Below, in pieces: positions 18,370 through 26,203 of a stretch of DNA of 31,280 nt (position 1 is its first letter; every line of letters starts with the position of its first letter). Both the position numbers and the translations under genes were made by a program. The stretch covers positions 1-31,280 of the forward strand of contig JAQIBN010000114.1 of assembly GCA_027859095.1 (NCBI GenBank), in the 5' to 3' direction. The notes beneath the pieces are model-generated. The model was not told the DNA's origin. It was given only the letters and a program-made list of their open reading frames with translations, and did not search any database. This DNA comes from Spirochaetia bacterium. Lineage in GTDB: Bacteria; Spirochaetota; Spirochaetia; B11-G9.

Positions 18370-18398
18370 ATAATAAGACAAAATGTGATTTAGTTCAA
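18370..18398 (-). promoter_or_regulatory. Sigma70-type promoter for eamA(-preT-preA): TTGAAC - 17 - TATTAT on the minus strand.
   Basis: Hexamers and 17-nt spacer read directly. Transcription would begin at the edge of the 51-bp palindrome. Confidence 0.45.
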
Positions 18399-18516
18399 CA
18401 ATCCGGGAGGAATTGCAGTGGAAAGCCCGACCAGTGAATCAAAATGTGGTATTTATTAACATATCGGGGGCACGGCCAATATAAGAACGTTTAATATCAG
18501 TTCCAAAATATTTTTC

Positions 18517-18545
18517 TTGACGGAGGCAAAAACGGGGGCTATAAT
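18517..18545 (+). promoter_or_regulatory. Near-consensus sigma70 promoter (TTGACG - 17 - TATAAT) for the CN-hydrolase/beta-ureidopropionase gene.
   Basis: -35 matches 5 of 6, -10 is a perfect TATAAT, spacer is 17 nt, start codon about 40 nt downstream. Confidence 0.6.
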
Positions 18546-18584
18546 CAATCTTTATATCTTTTCTTAGGATAATAGGAGAAATTA

Positions 18585-19448
18585 ATGTCCAGAATTGTTA
18601 AATGCGCGCACATTCAGGCTTCGAACCCTAAACACGATGGCACTGTAGCTGAGATTAAAGAGGCAATGATACAGAAGCATATCCCTCTAATAGAAGAAGC
18701 TGGAGAGAAAGGTGTTCAGATACTCTGTCTTCAGGAAATTTTTTATGGACCATACTTCTGTGCAGAACAGGATATTAAATGGTATGAATCTGCAGAACCT
18801 GTACCTGGTCCAACCACTGAACGTATGGCTGAGTATGCAAAAAAATACAACATGGTAATGGTTGTTCCTGTATATGAAAAAGCACAGGAAGGTGTTTATT
18901 ATAATACAGCAGCAGTTATTGATGCTGATGGTAGTTATTTAGGCAAAATGAGAAAAATACAAATTCCTCATACATGGCCTGGATTTTGGGAAAAATTCTA
19001 TTTCAAACCTGGTAACATGGGATTTCCTGTATTTCAGACAGCATATGCAAAAATTGGTATATTTATCTGTTATGACAGACATTTTCCTGAATCTGCCAGG
19101 TGTCTTGCTTTAAATGGAGCAGAAATACTTTTTAATCCTTCTGCTACTGTAGCTGGGAAGTCTGAGTATCTTTGGGAGCTGGAACAACCAGCACAGGCTG
19201 TAGCTAATGGTGTGTTTATTGGTGCAAACAACAGAGTTGGTACTGAGAAACCATGGGAATTTGGTCAGTTTTATGGATCAAGTTACTTTGTAAATCCTCT
19301 TGGGAAAATTATGGTTAAAGGATCCAGAGATAAGTCCGAAGTTGTTGTAGCAGATCTTGATCTTGAATTAATTAGAGAAGTTAGAGATGGATGGCAGTTT
19401 TTTCGAGATAGAAGACCTGAAATGTATGGAGAAATTTGTCAATCATAG
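18585..19448 (+). CDS. Carbon-nitrogen hydrolase (nitrilase superfamily). Candidate beta-ureidopropionase / N-carbamoyl-beta-alanine amidohydrolase from genomic context.
   Basis: Glu-Lys-Cys catalytic triad positions (LQEIFYGPYF; KMRKIQIP; IGIFICYDRHFPE). Sits in the locus with dihydropyrimidine dehydrogenase and dihydropyrimidinase. Confidence 0.6.
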   Translation: MSRIVKCAHIQASNPKHDGTVAEIKEAMIQKHIPLIEEAGEKGVQILCLQEIFYGPYFCAEQDIKWYESAEPVPGPTTERMAEYAKKYNMVMVVPVYEKAQEGVYYNTAAVIDADGSYLGKMRKIQIPHTWPGFWEKFYFKPGNMGFPVFQTAYAKIGIFICYDRHFPESARCLALNGAEILFNPSATVAGKSEYLWELEQPAQAVANGVFIGANNRVGTEKPWEFGQFYGSSYFVNPLGKIMVKGSRDKSEVVVADLDLELIREVRDGWQFFRDRRPEMYGEICQS

Positions 19449-19456
19449 AGAAGGAA

Positions 19457-19538
19457 GGCTATTAGGTTGAAGGCTGTTAGGGAAGATAGCGGAGCTATAG
19501 ACTGCCCTAATAGTCTAAAAGCCTACAGCCTAATAGCC
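19457..19538 (+). repeat. Composite hairpin repeat (site A). Nested inverted copies of an 11-12 nt unit AGGCTNTTAGG(G) / (C)CCTAANAGCCT: outer 11-bp perfect stem, inner 12-bp stem with two G.U pairs. Placed directly after the CN-hydrolase stop codon.
   Basis: Seen directly: AGGCTATTAGG...AGGCTGTTAGGG...CCCTAATAGTCT...CCTAATAGCCT. Both mismatches in the inner stem are G.T, which are wobble pairs only in plus-strand RNA. A related copy occurs at 21259-21321. Confidence 0.6.
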
Positions 19539-19642
19539 TATAATGCTTCGTCATTCTTTATTTAAAAACAAATGTATGTAATTTCGGGACTGTGGTGGGT
19601 GTGTTACACAAAATCTACTGCCCGATAAAGTATGGAGGAAAT

Positions 19643-21157
19643 ATGAGCGAAAACGGACAAAACACCGGATGGGTAATTTATCCAATCGGTAGCAAGCCTA
19701 AAATGGGCCTTGCAATACTTCTGGGTCTCCAGCAGTACCTGACAATGTTTGGTGCAACTGTACTGATCCCTTTTATTACTGGTGGCGCAATGGGTATGCC
19801 TCAGACTGAACTGGCACTGCTTATTTCGACAATGTTTTTTGCCTCAGGAATTACAACCTTAATTCAGCAGTCCCCTCTTGGGAATAAATTGCCAATTATT
19901 CAGGGTGGTACTTTCTCGTTTCTAGGTCCTATGTTTGCCATAGTTGGTATGGTTGCAGCGGAAGGTCTTGGATGGCAGATAATGATACAGCAGGTAAGTG
20001 CAGCAGTAATGTTTGCATCTATATTTGAAATCATTCTTGGTTATACAGGACTTATGGGTGTTGTAAAGAAAGTAATCAGCCCTCTGGTTATTGCTCCTAC
20101 AATTGCAATGATTGGACTTGCTCTTTATGGAATCGGTGCTCCCTGGATGGCTGGTAACTGGGTGATCTCTATTGTTACTCTTGTTGCAATGATTCTTTAT
20201 TCTCAGGTTTTTTCAAGAAAATCCAAGGTTTTCATGTTATTTCCTGTTCTTCTTGCAATTCTTACAGGTTGGGGACTGTCCCTTATTGGAACACTTGCAG
20301 GATGGATTCCTGAAGGTAATCCAGCTAACTTAACCAGTGGTGTTGAACTTATTAGAACAGCTCCATGGTTTTCTCTAAGACATGCACTTCCATTTAAATG
20401 GGGATTCCCAACATTGAACGCAATTACACTTGCAGGTTCTTTAGGAATGCTTGCAGGTTACTTAGGTTCTATGGTTGAATCTATTGGTGACTATTATTCT
20501 TGTGCAAGAATGGCAGAAGCTCCTGTTCCTACAGCAAAAATGATCTCAAGAGGTCTTGGTGCTGAAGGTTTGGGTTGTTTTATTGCAAGTTTATTACAGA
20601 CAGGTAATGGAACTACTTCCTATTCAGAAAATATTGGATCAATTGGTCTTACTCATGTAGCCAGTCGACGTGTAATTAGAGCCGGTGCTGTAATTATGTT
20701 GATTCTACCTATGTTTGGTAAGTTTGGTGCTTCTCTTGCAACACTTCCTCAGCCTGTAATTGGTGCTATGTTTGTTGCAATGTTTGGTCTAATCTCTGCT
20801 GTTGGTCTTTCTAATTTGCAGTTTACAAACCTTAACAATTCACGAAACCTTTTTATTGTTGGTCTTGCATTCTTTGCAGGATTAAGTTTTCCTGCACACT
20901 TTAGTGCAGCAGCAATAAGCTGGGGCGAAGCTGGAAGCGCTGTAAATATTTTAGGCAGCATACTTCAGACTATTATGACAACAGGTATGGCTGTAACTGC
21001 AATAGTTGCAATTATTCTTGACAATCTTCTTCCTGGTGCAACACGTGCTGAAAGAGGACTCGAATACTGGGATAATGAAGCCAGTGATGAAGCCTGGGAA
21101 AAAGCAGAAGCAGAATGGGCTAAAATGGCTGTTGGTGAAGAAAGAGCTCTTTCTTAA
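19643..21157 (+). CDS. NCS2-family nucleobase:cation symporter (xanthine/uracil permease family, long-form).
   Basis: NCS2 signature region LGLQQYLTMFGATVLIPFITGG and 12-14 TM segments. Preferred start is ATG 19643 (RBS GGAGG) rather than ORF-track 19592. Confidence 0.8.
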   Translation: MSENGQNTGWVIYPIGSKPKMGLAILLGLQQYLTMFGATVLIPFITGGAMGMPQTELALLISTMFFASGITTLIQQSPLGNKLPIIQGGTFSFLGPMFAIVGMVAAEGLGWQIMIQQVSAAVMFASIFEIILGYTGLMGVVKKVISPLVIAPTIAMIGLALYGIGAPWMAGNWVISIVTLVAMILYSQVFSRKSKVFMLFPVLLAILTGWGLSLIGTLAGWIPEGNPANLTSGVELIRTAPWFSLRHALPFKWGFPTLNAITLAGSLGMLAGYLGSMVESIGDYYSCARMAEAPVPTAKMISRGLGAEGLGCFIASLLQTGNGTTSYSENIGSIGLTHVASRRVIRAGAVIMLILPMFGKFGASLATLPQPVIGAMFVAMFGLISAVGLSNLQFTNLNNSRNLFIVGLAFFAGLSFPAHFSAAAISWGEAGSAVNILGSILQTIMTTGMAVTAIVAIILDNLLPGATRAERGLEYWDNEASDEAWEKAEAEWAKMAVGEERALS

Positions 21158-21192
21158 AAGAAAAAACTATTCATTATTTAATACATTTTACA

Positions 21193-21230
21193 GAAATGAG
21201 ACAGCAAACGCTGTCTCATTTCTTTTTTTT
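21193..21230 (+). terminator. Intrinsic terminator: GAAATGAGACAGC-AAAC-GCTGTCTCATTTC followed by T8.
   Basis: 13-bp perfect stem, 4-nt loop, long T-run. Textbook rho-independent terminator after the NCS2 gene. Confidence 0.85.
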
Positions 21231-21258
21231 AATATAGAATTGGAATAGAAGAAAGACT

Positions 21259-21321
21259 GAAGGCTTTTAGGGTGATCATTCTATCTCTTTCCTTCCCTAA
21301 TAGCCTACAGCCTAAAAGCCT
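21259..21321 (+). repeat. Site B: second copy of the AGGCTNTTAGGG / CCCTAANAGCCT hairpin repeat family (AGGCTTTTAGGG ... CCCTAATAGCCT ACAG CCTAAAAGCCT), upstream of a small membrane-protein gene.
   Basis: Same 11-12 nt units as at 19457-19538. Alternative perfect or 1-mismatch pairings between the single 5' arm and the two 3' arms. Confidence 0.55.
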
Positions 21322-21340
21322 AATTAATCCGGAGGATATT

Positions 21341-21718
21341 ATGTCTGCATCAGTACGAAAATTTTTATACTTTTTCCTGGCAGTAGTTATGATGATAGAT
21401 TTTTATCTTATTTTTAATGCAGGGAATCCTGATTCTTTTTTAAGGTTACTTATAAAGAGCACTGATTATGATATTAGTATTACTGTGGGCCTCTCTATTA
21501 TTATTGTCCTTATCTCTTTTTCAATGATTCGGGATAATGACCAGAATTCAATTAAAAAAATTCTTGAACGAAATTCTGGGCATATTGCAGCACAAAAGAA
21601 AAATAATATGAGTAATCAGGAAATTGCGGACTCATTTATGAAAGAACTTGGCTCAGAAAAAGGGATTTTTCACTCTATTGTAAAATGGCGTGTTATCCGT
21701 TATCTCTCTAAGATGTGA
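21341..21718 (+). CDS. Small hypothetical membrane protein (about 125 aa, 2 TM helices), no recognisable family.
   Basis: ORF with RBS GGAGGA 6 nt upstream of ATG 21341. The ORF-track extension back to 21272 would run through the repeat and is unlikely. Hydrophobic segments FLYFFLAVVMMIDFYLIF and ITVGLSIIIVLISFSMI. Confidence 0.45.
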   Translation: MSASVRKFLYFFLAVVMMIDFYLIFNAGNPDSFLRLLIKSTDYDISITVGLSIIIVLISFSMIRDNDQNSIKKILERNSGHIAAQKKNNMSNQEIADSFMKELGSEKGIFHSIVKWRVIRYLSKM

Positions 21719-22179
21719 TTGGGGAATCTATGAATATATTAAATAATGGGAATATTAGCACTCTCTTAGTTGGCGGATTATTTATGGGAGTTGTATTAAC
21801 GATCTCCTTTGTTAGAAATTTGGAAGCAAAACGCATTCGAAACAGATTAGGAGAGGGTAATGTAGTTTTAAGTGCCTATAATGTTCATTTTTATGGTGTA
21901 GAATCAATACCTGGTATTCCTTTTAACAATATGGGTGTTCTTGGCCTTTCAGGAGAGGGCATCTATTACAAGTCACGATATACAAAAAGAGACCTTTTTA
22001 TATCTGGAAAGCAAATTACTTCTATAGTTCCAACAGATGACTTTAAAGGGAAAAACATGTACGGAAATATAGTTGCAATTAATTTTGTCAATGATAATGG
22101 AGAAAAAGACAGGGTTGGATTACGAATTCCTTATCCTGAAAAATGGTCGAAAGCAATAAACGGGCTGTTTTTAAGTTAA
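21715..22179 (+). CDS. Hypothetical protein (about 150 aa): N-terminal TM anchor plus a soluble domain of about 110 aa, no recognisable family. Translationally coupled to the preceding small ORF.
   Basis: ATGA overlap with the upstream ORF (alternative start ATG 21730). Hydrophobic N-terminus LLVGGLFMGVVLTISF. Confidence 0.45.
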   Translation: MIGESMNILNNGNISTLLVGGLFMGVVLTISFVRNLEAKRIRNRLGEGNVVLSAYNVHFYGVESIPGIPFNNMGVLGLSGEGIYYKSRYTKRDLFISGKQITSIVPTDDFKGKNMYGNIVAINFVNDNGEKDRVGLRIPYPEKWSKAINGLFLS

Positions 22180-22292
22180 TAATTAAAAAATCTATTAAAA
22201 ATAACAAATTATTCTTGATATTCTGGAATTCTATGCTAGACTGAGCGCTTAAAAATATTCTGCCCTGGGCAGAAAAATATAAGGAGATTTTT

Positions 22293-23528
22293 TTGGAAAA
22301 AAAACTAGATAGTAAAACGGTAGTACTTGGACTTCAGCATACATTTGTTATGTTTGGCGCAACAGTACTGGTTCCTCTAATTACAGGTCTGGATGTAGGT
22401 GTTACCCTACTTGCAGCTGGTGTTGGAACATGGTTATTTCACATTCTTACAAAGTTCAAGGTGCCTGTATTCCTTGGAAGCTCATTTGCATTTATTCCAC
22501 CGATTCTTGCAATTACAGCATCAACAGGGGACATTGCTTATGCAACTGGTGGTATTTTAATTGCTGGTCTAATGTATGTAGTTGTTTCATTCATATTTAA
22601 GTTTGTATCATATGAAACACTACATAAAATTCTTCCTCCTTCTGTAACCGGTCCAATGATTATTCTTATTGGTATGATGCTTGCTAATGTTGCAATATCT
22701 AATGCGAATGGTTCTTATTCAGCTGGTCTTGTAGAAAAAATTGGCGTAAATGGTGCATGGGGTATTGCTCTTTTTACATTTGCAGTTGCTGTTGTTGTAA
22801 AGAGTGCCTTTAAAGGTTTCTTATCAGCACTTCCTGTTCTAATAGCACTTGTATTAGGATATATTCTTGCTGTTATTCTTGGTGTTGTTGACTTTTCAGG
22901 TGTTGCTTCTGCTTCATGGGTTGGTCTTCCAGGTTTTATGCTTCCCAAGTTTGCAGTTGGTGCAATTATGATGACTGTTCCTATAGCTCTTGTAACTATG
23001 GTAGAGCACTTTGGTGATGTACTTGCAATTGGAAATGTAGTAGAGGAAGATTTTATTAAAGACCCGGGTATACATAGAACTCTTCTTGGTGATGGCCTTG
23101 CAACTTCTCTTTCTGCTTTAATGGGTGGACCTGCAAATACAACATACAGTGAGAATACTGGTGCTGTAGCTCTTACAGGTGTTAAAGATCCTAGAGTAAT
23201 GAGAATTGCTGCAGTATTTGCAATTATTCTTTCACTTATACCTAAGTTTACTGCTGTAATAGGGTCCATTCCAGGACCGGTTATTGGTGGTATTTCAATT
23301 CTTCTTTTTGGTATGATCTCTTCTATTGGTATCAAAAATATGGTTGATGCTAAAATAGATCTTACAAAGCCTTCTAACCTTATGGTTACAGCTGCAATGC
23401 TTGTTCTTGGCCTTGGTGGAGCTTCCTTTACGCTGGGTGCTGTTACTCTTAGTGGTCTTGGTCTTTCTGCGGTTGTAGGAATTGTACTTAATTTGATTCT
23501 TAACTTTAAGAGTTTTAAAAAAGCATAA
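22293..23528 (+). CDS. uraA: Uracil permease (NCS2 family, UraA/PyrP-type short form).
   Basis: NCS2 motif LGLQHTFVMFGATVLVPLITG. 411 aa is typical of UraA/PyrP. Confidence 0.8.
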   Translation: MEKKLDSKTVVLGLQHTFVMFGATVLVPLITGLDVGVTLLAAGVGTWLFHILTKFKVPVFLGSSFAFIPPILAITASTGDIAYATGGILIAGLMYVVVSFIFKFVSYETLHKILPPSVTGPMIILIGMMLANVAISNANGSYSAGLVEKIGVNGAWGIALFTFAVAVVVKSAFKGFLSALPVLIALVLGYILAVILGVVDFSGVASASWVGLPGFMLPKFAVGAIMMTVPIALVTMVEHFGDVLAIGNVVEEDFIKDPGIHRTLLGDGLATSLSALMGGPANTTYSENTGAVALTGVKDPRVMRIAAVFAIILSLIPKFTAVIGSIPGPVIGGISILLFGMISSIGIKNMVDAKIDLTKPSNLMVTAAMLVLGLGGASFTLGAVTLSGLGLSAVVGIVLNLILNFKSFKKA

Positions 23529-23549
23529 TTATCTATTTAATGTTTATTT

Positions 23550-23580
23550 GCCGCTGGTTTTAACTGGCGGCCTTTTTTGT
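23550..23580 (+). terminator. Intrinsic terminator of the uracil permease gene: GCCGCTGG-TTTTAA-CTGGCGGC hairpin followed by CTTTTTTGTTT.
   Basis: Stem with two G.U pairs, then a T6 run, on the plus strand immediately after the stop codon. Confidence 0.7.
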
Positions 23581-23584
23581 TTGC

Positions 23585-24394
23585 CCAGCGAAGCGGGCAA
23601 ACCCGACCTTCTGAAAGAAGAAGGTATCACCCCAATCAGGGGGAAGATAATTCGAATTGCAAGGGCGTTACTGGTAACGGTAGGGTCTGAAGGAAGCAAT
23701 AGGAAGTAAACGGCACATAGCGAAAGTAAACCTGATTCGGCATTGTAGATGGGTAAGCGTGCAAAATAGCGCAAAGCCCAATACCTGATTAAATCTACAA
23801 TGTGCTTGAGGATGGAGACGTTTACTGGGGGCACGCACAGTAACTGGGGAAGCCTGTTGAAATCCATAAATGGTAGATTGACTGCAAGAAGAAATTCAAG
23901 CAGTTAATTGATGTTTCAGCAGGTGGCAGATGAATCCGTAGTAGTGAGTAAATTCTGGCCAATGAAAGCTGGTAACAGTGTGGAGGGTAAAACCGGAATG
24001 ATTCCTGCTTTGATGTAGGGAACTGTGTTCAAACCAAAAGTGGGATACAGATGCGAAGGGATGAAGTTTCTATGAAAATCTTTTTGAATCAAGGAGTAGA
24101 GTGAAGCCGAACGAAAAGTTGTCAAATGCGGCAAGGCTATCTGGGAGTGGTTCAGGATGAAACCTGTTCTACTGTAAGAGGCTGTTCGATGGAGTAATCT
24201 AATAGAGTGGTGGTATATTGCTCGAAAATGAGCTAAAAAGCGAAATCATTTCTAAGACGAAGAACCAAAGTGACATTCAAGGCTTTGAGAAAGAGAGATT
24301 TGAATAAATAGAAACAGTAGCCGTATACGAGGTTCGTACGTACGGTTCTGTGAGAGGGATAAATAAGGTGGTCATTTCACCTTATTTACCCTAC
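23585..24394 (+). ncRNA. ORF-free, GC-elevated structured region of about 810 nt. Candidate ORF-less group II intron (class C-like placement right after a terminator) or its remnant. The 3' end carries a domain V-like hairpin (24319-24348) and a domain VI-like hairpin with an unpaired A (24354-24391).
   Basis: AGCCGTATACG-AGGTT-CGTACGTACGGTTC matches the group II domain V consensus RAGCYGUAU...AC-bulge...ACGGYUY, including the AGC triad and the 2-nt AC bulge. It is followed after a 5-nt linker by a 15-bp hairpin GGGATAAATAAGGTG/CACCTTATTTACCC with one unpaired A. No ORF longer than 107 aa on either strand. The 5' boundary is not established (no clear GUGYG). Confidence 0.3.
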
Positions 24395-24470
24395 TCGATT
24401 TTGCTTGAAATTTAGATAATTCGAAGTTATTGTTTGTAATATTCGAACAAGGGCTATATAAAATAATAGA

Positions 24471-25298
24471 ATGATTGAGAAAATATATTATGCTGATATA
24501 ATTGGAGCTTCTATTCCTACTGAGCCCTGGGAAAGTAATGTTCAGTCAATCTATTCTAAAGCTGTGAATCTCTTCCACCCCTCAGGATATTTAATCTCAA
24601 TTGTAGACAGTATTGAAAATATGACTGATTTTGGATTGGCAGTTGGTAATTTAAAATTGATTATTTCCAAAATATTTAATGGCAGTAAGTTTCAATGGAA
24701 TGAAAGTAAAATTATATTCCGGGATATTGTTATTGATTTATCCATGGCTTCTGAATGGTCTGGAACTCTTTGTAAGGAATCTTTTGAAAAAATTCCTGAT
24801 ATTGCACCTTTAAAAAGTGCTTATACTCATTTAGCCACAGAAGAGGGGCTTTCTCCTGTTATTACGAATACAGCAGGCAATATATATTCGAATGTTGCAG
24901 AGAAAATTTTAAAAATGGCAGTTGTTAATGCAAATAAATACAATGTTGCTTTACTGAATCTAAGCCCTCTTGTTGGTTTGGGTATAGGATTTACTCCATC
25001 CGGGGATGATTTCCTTGCAGGAGTAATGCTCTATGAAGCTATGTCCGGAACTAATATCATTGATAGGGAGACTATAAAAGCTAAACTTTCCGGAACTACT
25101 GAGGGAGGTAGAACCTTGCTTCAGCTTTCTTTAAGGAATTCTTTTCCTTTTTATCTTAAAGAATTTGCGGAATCAATTACAAATGTATGTTTTACTTCTG
25201 AAGAAATTGTTAAACAAGCAGTAAAACATGGGTCTACCTCCGGCAGTGATTCTCTGGCCGGTTTCCTGTGGGCGAAGGAGAGAGAGCTAGAGCCATGA
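24471..25298 (+). CDS. Hypothetical protein, possibly DUF2877-like (motif GLGIGFTPSGDDFLAG). Function unknown.
   Basis: Clean ORF with a Gly-rich GxGxGxTPSGDD motif. Assignment to DUF2877 is from memory and uncertain. Confidence 0.4.
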   Translation: MIEKIYYADIIGASIPTEPWESNVQSIYSKAVNLFHPSGYLISIVDSIENMTDFGLAVGNLKLIISKIFNGSKFQWNESKIIFRDIVIDLSMASEWSGTLCKESFEKIPDIAPLKSAYTHLATEEGLSPVITNTAGNIYSNVAEKILKMAVVNANKYNVALLNLSPLVGLGIGFTPSGDDFLAGVMLYEAMSGTNIIDRETIKAKLSGTTEGGRTLLQLSLRNSFPFYLKEFAESITNVCFTSEEIVKQAVKHGSTSGSDSLAGFLWAKERELEP

Positions 25299-26066
25299 CT
25301 GTATCAGACTAATTCTTGAAGTGTAATACAGTTTTCTTTTGCGATTAAATTCACCTGGATTACCGTTTATACCGGTAAGAGCTGGTTTTAATTTTTTTAA
25401 TTTATTTTGCAACTGATCCATGTAATCTTGCCAGCTTGACTCAACATGAATGCTTGATTTTGGAATAAGTGACATTATTGATTTCCAGTCTTTACCTGAA
25501 TCGTGACTTATCAAAGCATATAGTATGAGTTCAGAAGCATCCTGTTCCGAAAGTAACTCATTGAGCGGCCTTTTATCATTAAAGACAGTTCTGTAGAATT
25601 GCTCATACTCGAGGGATGCCTTTTTATACTCTCCCTCTTCGTAATAGAGTTGAGCCAGGAGAGGGATGTGTTTATCCATCATGTAATTAATTATTTCTTT
25701 TTGTTCAAGGAAGTAGAGAGCATTGATATAATCGCCTTCTTCTAGGTATGTATTTCCTATGAAAAAACCAAGAATTGGGTCTTCTGTAGTCTTGTACCCT
25801 TTAAGAAGTAAAATAAATCGTTTTTGCAGATCAGAAGGATCAGAGTAGTTTAGAAAGTATTCAAGATAAACTTGTCCTATGGAAGGATATTTCTTTATCG
25901 CCTTTTCTAGGAGAAAATCGGATTTGGCAGAATTTTCTTTGCTCCTTTCATAGCGGGCATCGTCAATCAGTCGTTTCCAGGCAGGAATCTTTATCAGAGG
26001 AAGAACCACACGGAAAAAAATAACAAGGACGTAAATTGCTCCGGGTAAAAACAGAATATAGCGCAT
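25287..26066 (-). CDS. TPR-repeat protein with N-terminal transmembrane anchor.
   Basis: N-terminal hydrophobic helix (ILFLPGAIYVLVIFFRVVLPLI), then several about 34-aa helical repeats with the TPR-like W-LG-Y / A-F-P pattern. Confidence 0.5.
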   Translation of the reverse strand: MRYILFLPGAIYVLVIFFRVVLPLIKIPAWKRLIDDARYERSKENSAKSDFLLEKAIKKYPSIGQVYLEYFLNYSDPSDLQKRFILLLKGYKTTEDPILGFFIGNTYLEEGDYINALYFLEQKEIINYMMDKHIPLLAQLYYEEGEYKKASLEYEQFYRTVFNDKRPLNELLSEQDASELILYALISHDSGKDWKSIMSLIPKSSIHVESSWQDYMDQLQNKLKKLKPALTGINGNPGEFNRKRKLYYTSRISLIQSWL

Positions 26067-26203
26067 ATATTTATCCTTGAGTCAGTCTTTCTCTAGTATT
26101 AATCACACTGACTGGAGGTCGTACTCGACCTCTACTTACTGATATTTTATAGTATACTAAAGTACACAATTAGTGAAGCACGGAGTTATCGGACGGCCGC
26201 AAT

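Noticed and set aside
19457-21321. Possible integron attC sites: the repeat units contain GTTAGGG / CCCTAAC-like cores resembling GTTRRRY / RYYYAAC.
   Set aside because: The order of the core-like sequences is inverted relative to attC (GTT-type core on the 5' side, AAC-type on the 3' side on either strand). The last base of the core does not fit GTTRRRY. No integrase or promoterless cassette structure is present.
22715-23335. 206-aa minus-strand ORF inside the uracil permease gene. Similar antisense ORFs occur at 3117-3428, 3594-3863, 10143-10568, 11251-11733, 15376-15813 and 1011-1286.
   Set aside because: Each is embedded antisense or out of frame within a well-supported CDS with clear family motifs. 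They show typical shadow-ORF composition (Pro/Ser/Ile-rich) and no RBS.
23544-24134. Minus-strand ORFs of 107 aa (23544-23867) and 72 aa (23916-24134) from the ORF track.
   Set aside because: No RBS, odd composition, and they lie antisense inside a GC-rich structured region. Treated as chance ORFs in an RNA element.
23585-24394. Alternative identities for the ORF-free structured region: tmRNA, RNase P RNA, 4.5S/SRP RNA, 6S RNA, retron msr/msd.
   Set aside because: No tRNA-like acceptor/T-arm with CCA end and no tag-peptide reading frame. No RNase P P4 motifs (AGGAAAGTCCGGGCUCC / ACAGAAAGTGCCACAG). No SRP domain IV motif. No adjacent reverse transcriptase for a retron. The only strong recognisable signature is group II domain V/VI.
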